The notes under the pieces: generated by a model
Seen by the model: the letters and a program-made list of their open reading frames with translations, nothing else
Told to the model about the DNA's origin: nothing
Databases searched by the model: none
Source: Candidatus Iainarchaeum sp.
Lineage (GTDB): Archaea > Iainarchaeota > Iainarchaeia > Iainarchaeales > UBA10219
Direction: 5' to 3'
Assembly: GCA_018304425.1 (NCBI GenBank)
Contig: JAGVWE010000002.1
Span: forward strand, 32,001 to 96,000
DNA length: 64,000 nt
Part shown: one piece after another, positions 37,724-46,746 of the stretch
How the letters are laid out: each line of letters opens with the position of its first letter
Numbering within the stretch: position 1 is the stretch's first letter
Translations under genes and position numbers: made by a program

Positions 37724-38057
37724 CCTTTCCGATGCTGCCGCTCACGCCCAAGAGCTTGGGGATGACGGGTTTGCCGTCCACTTGCTTGACGAACAACAAC
37801 CCGGCCTTGACTTCGTCGAGGTGTTCGAGCGCACAGCGCACCACGCCCACGCTTTTCTTCGAGTCAAAGCCCATGAGCCACAGCTTTTGGCGCGCGGTGC
37901 CGACCTCGCCATAGAGGTGGAGGAAGGTCTCCCACACCGCGTGGCCGACGTCGGGCTCGGAAAGCCGTTCCTTGGCCGAGAGGCTGAAGGAAACATAGCG
38001 CTTCTTTCCCCGGTAGGAAGCCGGAATCGGGTTCATGGACTGCTTGGCGTTCTTCAT
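37713..38057 (-). CDS. rnp2: Ribonuclease P protein component 2 (Pop5/Rpp14)
   Basis: R.KKRY..F, YGE.G, GVVRC and VSGSI.K motifs. Confidence 0.92.
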   Translation of the reverse strand: MKNAKQSMNPIPASYRGKKRYVSFSLSAKERLSEPDVGHAVWETFLHLYGEVGTARQKLWLMGFDSKKSVGVVRCALEHLDEVKAGLLFVKQVDGKPVIPKLLGVSGSIGKVKP

Positions 38058-38155
38058 TGCACCAAGCTAGCGCCAATAGGGCTAAAAACCGTGTGATTGC
38101 CAGTGAAGGCATGGAAGCCCGGCGTGTTATGGTTGACAGGGCATTCCCGCAGGGC

Positions 38156-38711
38156 CTAGTGGAGTTTGCCATAGACCGGGTTCCCGAAGCGGCCGTCCTC
38201 GACTTGTCGCTTGAGGAATTGCAAAAAAAGCCCGTGGAAAAATTCGTAGTGGGCTCTTTCGGGCTTGTTTAGGCAGCCCTTTCGCACAAATTCCAAAAAA
38301 TAGGGCGCGATTGCGTCCCGCTTTTCCCCGCTGGCAGCGACGGCTTGTCCGAAGGTGAATTGCCTGGAGTCAATTTTCGCGGCCAACTTCAGCAATACGG
38401 ACTTGGCCTTGGGTGAAAGGGGGTGGAACATGGGATAGAAGAAATCCTTGTCCAACTCCTTTGCAATTTTGAATGTTGTTCTCGTAATTCGACATCCTGA
38501 AAACTAGGCAACCATGATTTTTCGCAATCTGCTCCATTTTTACCAGCAAGGATGTTTTCCCCATTCCACGATTGCCCGTGATGCTCATGTTCATTGGCGA
38601 GCCATTCGTCGTCTGAAGCAGCCAACGCTCGAATTGATCCAGTTCCGCTTCTCTTCCGACAAAGAATTGGGGTCGAGCAGGGATTTGCGGATTAAAGGGA
38701 TTGATGCGCAT
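38156..38711 (-). pseudogene. Archaeal AAA ATPase remnant (internal deletion and frameshift)
   Basis: NPF...F.GREAEL and G.RGMGKTSLL (Walker A) join out of frame, near 38460, to a C-terminal wHTH-like segment. Walker B region absent. Lower GC. Confidence 0.75.
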
Positions 38712-38765
38712 ATATGTTTATAATTTTAGTAATGTTTATATTTTTTACTAACTTCATAAACTTCC

Positions 38766-39326
38766 TTACTTCTCGGCCTCCAGTGCCTTCAATTCCGGGG
38801 ATTCCCCAATCAAGTCAAAGATTTCGCGCTCGAGGGCCTTGACGAGGGGCAGGCAGGCCCGGATTTTGGCGGCCTCATGCGGGTTTCCGGCGCCATAGCG
38901 GGCGGCAAGGTCTTCGAGGCGTTCCTCGACCGAGACCAGTTGGTCGTGCTGGACGCGCTTGTCCGCGTAGAAGACGAGCTTCTCCTCCCAGCCGCGGTCT
39001 GGAAAGGGCTCCAAGATGGAATACAGGCCGTGGCGCGCACAGATGCGGCCGAGGACGGGAAACCCGCACTCGGAGAGCACGCGCTCGACCTGCGCGTACT
39101 CGTCGCCCCCGGCCTGGATGGCGTGCACCTTCATGAGGTCGTGGAGCAACGCGGCACAGCGCACGACCTGGGGCTGGACCTGAATGCCCTTAGCACGCAG
39201 TTTTTCGGCGAGGAACCCCGCCACCCTCGAAACCAACCTGCAGTGGGCGCGCACGTTCGCCGGCAACGCGTACTCGTCCCAGAGCTTCACGCACTCGGCC
39301 TCGGATAAGCGCTTGATGCCGGTCAT
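38766..39326 (-). CDS. HD domain phosphohydrolase
   Basis: H...V, AALLHD, EEKLVFYADKRV and R.EDL..RYG motifs. Confidence 0.9.
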   Translation of the reverse strand: MTGIKRLSEAECVKLWDEYALPANVRAHCRLVSRVAGFLAEKLRAKGIQVQPQVVRCAALLHDLMKVHAIQAGGDEYAQVERVLSECGFPVLGRICARHGLYSILEPFPDRGWEEKLVFYADKRVQHDQLVSVEERLEDLAARYGAGNPHEAAKIRACLPLVKALEREIFDLIGESPELKALEAEK

Positions 39327-39964
39327 GCCTCCAACAACACCTCGATGCGCTCCTTTTCCTTTCCCTTGCTCTCGCGCTTGAGGTAGATGCCCCCAACCTC
39401 GGAGGCGTTGCGGACGTGCGTGCCACAGCATTCCATGGTCTTGAGGCCCTGGCACTCCCACACGAAGCGCGTGGGGTTAGCGGGGTCGCGGTAGACGCGG
39501 ATGGGCCGCGCCGCCTTGACGACCTGGTTTGCCTTGGCCTCGAACTCGGCGAGGTACGGGCGCACGTTTTCCGGCCAAAGGATGTCGAGCCGCGCCTTGT
39601 CCACGGAGACGTTGGAGCCAAAGTATTCGGGGTTGTTGAGCTTTTCTTCCATGATGACGCCGACGATGTGGCCAGCCGAATGCATGCGCATGATGCGGTA
39701 ACGCTTGGCCCAGTCGAGGACGCACTGGACTTCCTGGCCGGGCTGCAAGCCATGGTTGCCTTCGAGCGTGTGGGCAATGTCCGGGCCGTCGACGGCGACG
39801 TCGATGACGGCCTTCCCATTGATGGTGCCGCTGTCGGATTGCTGGCCGCCGGCAAAGCCGAAGAACACGGTGCGGTCCAGCCACACGCGGGGGCCCTCTA
39901 CCTTGACGACTTTCGCCGTGCACTCCTTCAGATAGGCGTCCTGCTCGAACAACTTCTCGGTCAT
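39323..39964 (-). CDS. alaXM: Alanyl-tRNA editing protein AlaX-M
   Basis: DAYL, T.F...GGQ.SD.G, MRMHSAGH and CCGTHV motifs. Confidence 0.92.
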   Translation of the reverse strand: MTEKLFEQDAYLKECTAKVVKVEGPRVWLDRTVFFGFAGGQQSDSGTINGKAVIDVAVDGPDIAHTLEGNHGLQPGQEVQCVLDWAKRYRIMRMHSAGHIVGVIMEEKLNNPEYFGSNVSVDKARLDILWPENVRPYLAEFEAKANQVVKAARPIRVYRDPANPTRFVWECQGLKTMECCGTHVRNASEVGGIYLKRESKGKEKERIEVLLEA

Positions 39965-39985
39965 GGTTTCACTCCCCAAAAAAAC

Positions 39986-40594
39986 TCATTCCCCTAAAAA
40001 GAACGGCTGGAACCGCTCCACCAACCGCTTGCCCTGCGCCCGGGAGAAGCCGAGCAGGACGGCGAAGGCGGCCAGGTCCTTGACGGCGCGGAGTTCCTCG
40101 GGCTTCGAGGCCCCGCTGAAGAACAAGGCGTTGGCCTGGAACTTCTTCAACAGCTTGACGACCATGAAATAGTTTTTGAGGAGAAGGCTCCGCTTCCGCC
40201 CGTTGCAGCGCAGGAAGTCCGCGAAGGAAACCGCGACCGGCACGTTGTTCTCGGCCGAGAGGCGCGCGATGGCCGTGTCAAAGCTGAGCTTGCCGCTGTC
40301 ACAGGGCATGAACAGGAAGTCCACGCCCTTCGTCGAGACCGCGAACTTGTTGGCTTCAACAGAGCCGCCGCGCACCGCCAGGAAGTCGACCTTGCCCCGG
40401 AAGCGTTGCACGACGCGCTGGTCAGGCTGGTCGAGTACGAGGCAGAGCCTGGCCCTTGGATGGGCCTTGCGGAGGGCCTGGAAGCCGGCGTCGTCCTTGC
40501 AGGACGCGGCCAAGAGCACGCGGTCGTTGCCGAGCTCGCCAGCCAGGGAATCGAATTCCTTGCCAGCGGCGAAGACGAGGTCCACGAAGGGCAT
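39986..40594 (-). CDS. rnp3: Ribonuclease P protein component 3 (Rpp30)
   Basis: V.GG....N..A....VD.L, SGA....ELR and LG.S motifs. Synteny with rpl15e. Confidence 0.85.
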   Translation of the reverse strand: MPFVDLVFAAGKEFDSLAGELGNDRVLLAASCKDDAGFQALRKAHPRARLCLVLDQPDQRVVQRFRGKVDFLAVRGGSVEANKFAVSTKGVDFLFMPCDSGKLSFDTAIARLSAENNVPVAVSFADFLRCNGRKRSLLLKNYFMVVKLLKKFQANALFFSGASKPEELRAVKDLAAFAVLLGFSRAQGKRLVERFQPFFLGE

Positions 40595-40644
40595 GACAAG
40601 AGTAGGTAATCAACGAATTAAATAAGGTATGCCGGGTTCGGCCG

Positions 40645-41253
40645 TTAGTTGCCTTGCCGGTGGTGGGCTCTCAGGCTGGGCCGGTTCTTTTCGTAGCCAA
40701 TGCCTTTGCCGTGCAAGCCCCTGCTCCGCTTCTGGGCCGAGGTCAGGCCGCGTTCGGCGCGGTCCTTGTGTTGCTTGGCGCACACCCAGTTAAGTTCCTT
40801 GTCGGCTTTCACGGTGGGCGCAAAGGGGTCCACCAGGATGGCCTCGAAGTAAAAGTGCTGGCCGTCCTCGCCAATGTAGTAAGAGTTCAGGACTTCGCAG
40901 TTGGGGAACCGCTTGCCGGCCCGCTGCTCGGCAATGCCTTGAATGCTTTGCTTGCGCGTCAGCTTCTCGATGCCCATGCGCTTGGGCTTCCTACCCCGCT
41001 TGGGCCTGAAGTGGAGGCCGCCGCCCTTGCGGATGCGCACGCGGGCCGCGAAAACGCCTTGCTTGGCCTTGTAGCCGAGTTCGCGGGCGCGGGGGATGTT
41101 CGTAGGCTTGTCCAGGCGGACAATGGCTTCCACTGGCCTGCGAAACGAAATCAAGCGCTCGCGGTTCAGCTTCTTGTAATCGTAGGACTCATCCAGCTGT
41201 ACGCCCTTGAACTCCTTTTGGAAGGTCTCCTTCACGTGCTGCGCCAACGACAT
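40645..41253 (-). CDS. rpl15e: 50S ribosomal protein L15e (eL15)
   Basis: PT...RAR.LGYKAKQG, EVLNSY..GEDG....FE.ILVDP and RGLTS motifs. Confidence 0.97.
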   Translation of the reverse strand: MSLAQHVKETFQKEFKGVQLDESYDYKKLNRERLISFRRPVEAIVRLDKPTNIPRARELGYKAKQGVFAARVRIRKGGGLHFRPKRGRKPKRMGIEKLTRKQSIQGIAEQRAGKRFPNCEVLNSYYIGEDGQHFYFEAILVDPFAPTVKADKELNWVCAKQHKDRAERGLTSAQKRSRGLHGKGIGYEKNRPSLRAHHRQGN

Positions 41254-41359
41254 AAACAATCCACTAACAAAATCCGGCCAAAAGCAGGACTGGAATACAC
41301 CTAAACTGCTGGAGAAGGCTTTAAAAGGTTTGGGTGGCCGCCTCCGGCGGGCCAGGGGG

Positions 41360-42100
41360 CTAGCCTTTCAGCTTCCCCTCGGCTTCCGCTTCCTCGATGC
41401 CTTCCGCCACGGCTTCGCCGGTGTAGAGGCCGACCAGGCGACCGATGAGGATGGTGATGTAAAGGATGCCGCAGATGACCTCCACGATGGCCAGGGAGCG
41501 GCCGAAGTAGGTCACCGGCAGGACGTCGGCGAAGCCCACCGAGGTCAGGGCCGTGAAGCTGAAGTACACCAGGTCCGCCCAATGGGCCGGCTGGCCGGTG
41601 CCCGGACCCACCAGGATCTCGAAAGAGCCCGGGATGAAGAACTCCAGCAGGGAGAACACCCAGCCCCAGGCGATAGCGATGAGGAGATACACGGCGACCG
41701 CGCCGTAGAGCACCTCGTTCGTCACCTTCTTGACGTGCAGGATGACGTACAGCAGGGACTTGATGATGAAGGCGTAGAAGAGGATCGCGAAGACGTGGTT
41801 CAAGAAGATTATTTCCGGCAGCGGCCAGGCGAAGCGCAGCCAGTTAGACACGAAAGCGGGGACCCCGAGGGCGAGGCCCAACAGGAAGTCTTTCCTGCGG
41901 TGGCTCACCGTGTAGATCCCGGTGATGAGCACCACGGAGAAGACGAGGGCCAGGGCCAGGTAACCGAGCGCGTCGCCTTCCACGAAGGGATAGATCAGGA
42001 TGGAGGCGACGAGGGCAACCAGCAGGAACCGCATGCGCTTGTGCGGGAAGTGGACGATCCCTTCCTTACGGTGGGTGTGGTGGGGCGCGTGCTCGGCCAT
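41360..42100 (-). CDS. Potassium/ion channel family protein (Ion_trans_2)
   Basis: YFSF..LTSVGFAD..P pore helix/filter and 6 TMs. Confidence 0.85.
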   Translation of the reverse strand: MAEHAPHHTHRKEGIVHFPHKRMRFLLVALVASILIYPFVEGDALGYLALALVFSVVLITGIYTVSHRRKDFLLGLALGVPAFVSNWLRFAWPLPEIIFLNHVFAILFYAFIIKSLLYVILHVKKVTNEVLYGAVAVYLLIAIAWGWVFSLLEFFIPGSFEILVGPGTGQPAHWADLVYFSFTALTSVGFADVLPVTYFGRSLAIVEVICGILYITILIGRLVGLYTGEAVAEGIEEAEAEGKLKG

Positions 42101-42151
42101 GGCAATAATGGGGCGGAAGGGTTCTTATACGTTTCAGGGCGCAAGGTAAAT

Positions 42152-43180
42152 ATGCCCAAATGCAACCGGAGGTGTGCGGCAGAGGCCAAGATAACGCTTG
42201 CCTACGGGCCGCACCACTATTGCGCCGAGCATTTCACGGACTTCTTCGAGCACCGTGTCACCAAGACCGTGCGGAAGTTCAAGCTGCTGAAACGCGGGGA
42301 GAAGGTCGGGATCGGGGTGAGCGGGGGCAAGGATTCGCTGGCCCTCGCCTACCTGTTGGGGAAATACTACGCGAAGTCCAACGAGCTGCTGGCGCTGATG
42401 ATTGACGAGGGCATCGAAGGCTACCGGGATGTGGCCCTGCGGGTGGCGAAGAAATACTGCGACGAGTGGAAGATCCCCTACCAGGTCGTGAAACTCAAGG
42501 ACCGCTTCGGCTACTCGACCACCGAAGTCGTGCACAAGATAAACGCCCAGCCAAGCCTGGGCACGAGCTGCGCGTTCTGCGGGAGCTTCCGCCGCACCGT
42601 CATGAACGAGTGGGCGCGCGAGCAGGGCTGCGACAAGTTTGCCACCGGCCACAACCTGGACGACGAAGCGCAAAGCGTGTTGATGAACGTTTTCTCGAAC
42701 AACCTGCCCAAGATGGCGTGGCTCGGGCCCATGACGGGCGCGGAGGGCTTTGACGGCAACGGCTTGTTCGTCAAGCGCGTCAAGCCCCTCTACGAGTGCC
42801 CCGAAAAAGAGATCATCGCCTTCGACGCGTTCAAGGGAATCGAGCACTACTCGGAGGAATGCTGTCCCTTCAGTTGGATGGCGAAGAGAAACCACGTCCG
42901 CGAGATGCTGAACCACTTCGAGGACCAGTTCCCGGGCACCAAGTTCACGGTCGTCAAGTGGTTGCAGGACCTCAAACCCCACTTAGAGGACGTCAAGCCA
43001 GCGGGCCGGCTCCAGGCATGCACGGCGTGCGGGAGCCCCTCGAACAGCCCCCTGTGCCGGCCCTGCAGCATGGTGAAGCTGCTGGACGCCGTCAAGGCCG
43101 CGCCCCGGAAAGCCGTTGCGGCCAAGGGGGGCCCCACCTGCGCCGAAACCAAGGGCCTCCACGACAGGGAATTCGTTTAA
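42152..43180 (+). CDS. tRNA 2-thiolation protein (TtcA/Ncs6/TIGR00269 family)
   Basis: SGGKDS PP-loop, CAFCG..RR, ATGHNLDDEAQS, and N- and C-terminal Zn fingers. Confidence 0.92.
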   Translation: MPKCNRRCAAEAKITLAYGPHHYCAEHFTDFFEHRVTKTVRKFKLLKRGEKVGIGVSGGKDSLALAYLLGKYYAKSNELLALMIDEGIEGYRDVALRVAKKYCDEWKIPYQVVKLKDRFGYSTTEVVHKINAQPSLGTSCAFCGSFRRTVMNEWAREQGCDKFATGHNLDDEAQSVLMNVFSNNLPKMAWLGPMTGAEGFDGNGLFVKRVKPLYECPEKEIIAFDAFKGIEHYSEECCPFSWMAKRNHVREMLNHFEDQFPGTKFTVVKWLQDLKPHLEDVKPAGRLQACTACGSPSNSPLCRPCSMVKLLDAVKAAPRKAVAAKGGPTCAETKGLHDREFV

Positions 43181-43207
43181 AAGCGTTAGCAAATAGATTG
43201 AATAGCG

Positions 43208-43281
43208 TGCGAGCCCGAAAGGGCGAGCCAGTCCCATGCCGCGCATGGGACGTTTTCGCAAACCTTTTGTAAAAAGGTTTT
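43208..43281 (+). repeat. Dispersed hairpin repeat, copy C, forming the 5' leader of tRNA-Val
   Basis: GC-GA-GCCC-GAAA-GGGC-GA-GC, CA, GTCCCATGC-cgc-GCATGGGAC, GTTTTCGCA, AACCTTTT-GT-AAAAAGGTT. TATA TTTAAAAG at 43176. Confidence 0.85.
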
Positions 43282-43353
43282 GGGCCTGTAGTCTATCGGC
43301 TAGGACGGCTGCTTGACGTGCAGTAGAGCCTGGTTCAACTCCGGGCAGGCCCA
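43282..43353 (+). tRNA. tRNA-Val(GAC)
   Basis: Acceptor GGGCCTG/CAGGCCC, anticodon loop TTGACGT, T loop TTCAACT. Confidence 0.93.
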
Positions 43354-43458
43354 CTTAAACCGATTTAATTGGCGTATACGAGGGTTTTAGGCGATTCCGA
43401 CGGGTTTATAAATTTTTAGAATGCATACTCGTTGTAGGATTTTCAGGAGGTCACTGGA

Positions 43459-43587
43459 ATGGCATTCGAGGAAGAAATCCTGTTCGACGACGAAGACGAC
43501 GGCGGGGACGACGACGACTTCGACGGCGATGACGACGATGACGGCGGCGACGGTGACGACGATTTCGATTACCCTGAAAACAACTAA
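43459..43587 (+). CDS. 42-aa hyper-acidic microprotein
   Basis: SD AGGAGGT 7 nt before ATG and TATA TTTATAAA ~43405. Sequence MAFEEEILFDDEDDGGDDDDFDGDDDDDGGDGDDDFDYPENN. Confidence 0.7.
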   Translation: MAFEEEILFDDEDDGGDDDDFDGDDDDDGGDGDDDFDYPENN

Positions 43588-43608
43588 ACGATTGTTTTCT
43601 CTTTCAAC

Positions 43609-44856
43609 CTATTTTTGAGCCTTCTTGAGTTCGGCCAGTGAGGCGTCCACTTCGTCGAGTTTTTCCTTGACCTGCTTGTTGTACTGGTTTATTCTTGCCT
43701 TGTAAATGGAGTCGAAGTCGCGTTCCACGTCCTTCCGGAGGCTCTCCCGGAAGTCCGCCAGGTCCTTGAGCTTTTTTTCGACGGCATCGAGGGCGGCAAC
43801 GGCCTGGGACTGGTCGAGTTCCCGCATTTTCTTCTTGAGCAACTGGTCGAGTTCGGCTGACTTGCCTGACACCATGTCGTCCACCCTCAGTTTTACGTCG
43901 TTCATGAAGCCCTCCGAGATGTGGCCCTCCACTTCCAGGGTCTTGCTGATGCGCGCCTCCAACTGGTTCAGCCGTTGTTCCGCGGTTTTCAGGAACTCGT
44001 TGAACCGGAGTTCCGCGCGCTGCAACTCGTTGTTGGTTTCCGCGAACCACTTGGCCTTGGATTCCTCCAGCAACCGGATGTTGGCGGCCAGGTCCTTGGA
44101 CAACTGCTCGCTCAACTGCCTCTGCGCCTGGATGCGGGAAACGTTTTCCTGCGTCAACTCGTTGGTTTTCCGGATTTCGAGGAGCTTCTGGTCCAGGATT
44201 TCCTGCAACTGCCTGCGGTTGGACTCGAACTCGGCCTGGACCTTGGAGAGCATGAGGGTGCGCTGGCTCTCCAAGAGCACGGAGACCTTGGTGGACTCCC
44301 TTTTGAGGGCTTCCGCGATTTTCGCGTCAAGGACCGCGTCGAGCTCCTGCTTCAAGCGCTTCATTTCGTCGAGGCGCGCGTCCACGGCCGTGAGAATGCC
44401 GGAATCCCACAAATGCTCCCGGTCAGGCTTGCGCTCCGGTTGCCCGGAGGCTGCAACGGGTTGCTGGGGAGAGGGCTCGACCCTCGCCTTCTTGCCGAAA
44501 AACCCGAACGCCTTCTGCATGGACACGGGCTCCCTGACTGGCGGCGCTTCAACGGGCTTGGCCTTGGGTTCGGGCGCTTCCTCTTTCTCGTCCTCCCAAC
44601 CCCCGGCCACCTCGCCGAACACGCCCTCGGACTCGGTGACATCCTCTTCCAGGGGCTCGGCGACCGGCCTTGCAGCAAGCGGTTCCCTGGCAACGGGTTT
44701 TCCTCCCCTCGCCTCGGCCAGCAACGCACGGGCATCCTGTTCCGAGACATTGACCTGGCGGAGGTTGGCCACGATTTCCTGGTCGGAAATGCCCAACCCC
44801 ACCAGCTTCTTGACCGAGTCCAGGAGAATCGCGTGCTTGGAGTCCATGCCACTCAA
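43609..44856 (-). CDS. Long coiled-coil protein with N-terminal small helical domain and disordered linker
   Basis: Heptad E/K/L-rich C-terminal two thirds. Confidence 0.8.
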   Translation of the reverse strand: MSGMDSKHAILLDSVKKLVGLGISDQEIVANLRQVNVSEQDARALLAEARGGKPVAREPLAARPVAEPLEEDVTESEGVFGEVAGGWEDEKEEAPEPKAKPVEAPPVREPVSMQKAFGFFGKKARVEPSPQQPVAASGQPERKPDREHLWDSGILTAVDARLDEMKRLKQELDAVLDAKIAEALKRESTKVSVLLESQRTLMLSKVQAEFESNRRQLQEILDQKLLEIRKTNELTQENVSRIQAQRQLSEQLSKDLAANIRLLEESKAKWFAETNNELQRAELRFNEFLKTAEQRLNQLEARISKTLEVEGHISEGFMNDVKLRVDDMVSGKSAELDQLLKKKMRELDQSQAVAALDAVEKKLKDLADFRESLRKDVERDFDSIYKARINQYNKQVKEKLDEVDASLAELKKAQK

Positions 44857-44932
44857 TAGGAATTACCTGAATTTAAGGATAACGAACTGCCTGCGCGCAG
44901 GGCTTTTATTCAGGAAAGCCCTATTGCCTGGC

Positions 44933-45856
44933 ATGCCAGATGCAAGCAGCGCCTTTGAAGCCAATTCCGGGACCCTGGAAATCATTGGGTTCATGGCTCT
45001 TACCATCGTGGTCCTGCTGGTCCTTGGTTTCATCGTGTGGTACCTCCTCCGAATCACGAAAATCTTTCCCCTCAAAGCCTCCAACCCCTTTTCCAGCCAA
45101 GCCCCCGAACTCCCGGCGGAATACCTTCACTCGCCGGAGACCCGCAAAAAGGTCATCCACGCACTGGGCTGGGACCCCACCCCCTTCGCGCCCCGAGAAC
45201 TCCTCCACCTTGTCTTGGCCGACCCCAGCAGTTGGACCCTCATTGCCTCCAACCTGGTGGCCCTGGGCTTGGCCTGGCAGGAGAACGCGGGCCTCGCCAC
45301 GCTCTTGGCCGTGTACTGGTTTCAAAGCGTCATCATCGGTTTCTTCAACGCCTTCAAGATGCTGCTGGCCGAGGGAAGCGAGTTCAAGGCCGTCCTGGGA
45401 GACAGCGTGCTGGGAAAAGGCATCCAGTGGATTGGCCGCCTCTTCTTCACCGGGTTCTTCGCCTTCCACTATGGCTTGTTCCACTTCGTCTACGCCGCGT
45501 TCCTCGGCCTCGAAGGCCTCCTCGCACCCGCGGGCAACTCGGAGTGGCTTGGTTTTCCGGGCTTGTTCGGGCCGCCAAACCTGGAGGTCGTGCTGCCGGC
45601 CGCCGCCCTGTTCTTCTCCAACCACGGGTACTCGTTCATCCACAACCGCGGCACCGACAAACTCAAGTCCCCAGCCCAGCTCATGGCCGCGCCCTACGCG
45701 AGAATCATCCCCATGCACTTGACCCTCATCTTCGGGGCGCTCCTCTACGTCCTGGGCGGCCCGCTGCTGGCGCTCGGGTTGTTCGGCTTGCTCAAGACCG
45801 CGGCCGACGTCACCATGCACGTCCAAGAACACGCCCAGGCAACGGCCACGCAGTGA
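44933..45856 (+). CDS. DUF6498-like membrane protein
   Basis: YWFQSVIIG.FN..K, FF.FHYG.F and PY.RIIPMH motifs. Confidence 0.75.
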   Translation: MPDASSAFEANSGTLEIIGFMALTIVVLLVLGFIVWYLLRITKIFPLKASNPFSSQAPELPAEYLHSPETRKKVIHALGWDPTPFAPRELLHLVLADPSSWTLIASNLVALGLAWQENAGLATLLAVYWFQSVIIGFFNAFKMLLAEGSEFKAVLGDSVLGKGIQWIGRLFFTGFFAFHYGLFHFVYAAFLGLEGLLAPAGNSEWLGFPGLFGPPNLEVVLPAAALFFSNHGYSFIHNRGTDKLKSPAQLMAAPYARIIPMHLTLIFGALLYVLGGPLLALGLFGLLKTAADVTMHVQEHAQATATQ

Positions 45857-45891
45857 AAAAAGGCGGAAAGCAGAAAATGGGTTGCGGGCAG

Positions 45892-45963
45892 TGGACTGGC
45901 CGGGAATCGAACCCGGAGTCTCCACAATGCCAATGTGGCGTCTTACCACTCGACTACCAGCCC
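45892..45963 (-). tRNA. tRNA-Ala(GGC)
   Basis: Acceptor GGGCTGG/CCAGTCC with G3-U70, anticodon loop TTGGCAT, T loop TTCGATT. Confidence 0.95.
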
Positions 45964-46022
45964 AACTAAACAATATTGGCCAGAAGAAGGTAATTAAAGC
46001 TATGGGGTGGGCCGTCGGTTCG

Positions 46023-46736
46023 TTAATTGTAGGCCATGGCCCGTATCGTCCCCTTGCAGACCACGTCAAACGACTTGGGCTTAATCATGCCGTCTTCTTT
46101 CATGGTGTAATGGATGGTGATGACCCCGTTCGATAGCTTGGTTCCGGCCGGTGGCGTTGGAAAGCTCTCCACGACACCCCATTCCCCTCCCAGGGAATCG
46201 GCCCAGGTCTTCACTTCGGCCGTGCCAGCGAAGTCCCCGGAAAGGTCCGCATAGAAATCGGCAGCAGAATGAGGAATATCGAATTGCCCGGTAATCCGGT
46301 TCTCCCAGACTTCGAGGGTGAGTGCCACGCCATCCTGCCCGATGTGGATGTATTCGTCGCCTCCCCTGCAGGACGCGGTCGTTCTCTCCTGCACCTTCGC
46401 ATCTATCCTGGAGAACATGTCCTCGGGAGCGCAGGCATAGTTGCATTCGATTACCTTTACCGGGTAAAGGGACATGCTGTTCCCTGCGAGGTAGTCGATG
46501 GAGCGGAGACCCCGTGCATGGCAGTAGGCTTCTGAATCCAGGCAGTCGTCAAAGGTCTGGCAATCCTTGCAGACATAGCCAAACTTTGGAATCGATTCGC
46601 CGTCGGCGAAGAAGAAACCCGTTTGCCCAGGCGCCGTCTGCACCGCCGGTTTTTGTCCTGGAAAAGACAGGCAACCCACAAGAAGCAGGAAAACGAAGAG
46701 TGCGAGGCCCGGCAGCAATCCTTTGGTGGCCTTCAT
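46023..46736 (-). CDS. Cys-containing lipoprotein
   Basis: LLVGC lipobox-like sequence and several Cys. Confidence 0.7.
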   Translation of the reverse strand: MKATKGLLPGLALFVFLLLVGCLSFPGQKPAVQTAPGQTGFFFADGESIPKFGYVCKDCQTFDDCLDSEAYCHARGLRSIDYLAGNSMSLYPVKVIECNYACAPEDMFSRIDAKVQERTTASCRGGDEYIHIGQDGVALTLEVWENRITGQFDIPHSAADFYADLSGDFAGTAEVKTWADSLGGEWGVVESFPTPPAGTKLSNGVITIHYTMKEDGMIKPKSFDVVCKGTIRAMAYN

Positions 46737-46746
46737 GGTCTCAGGC

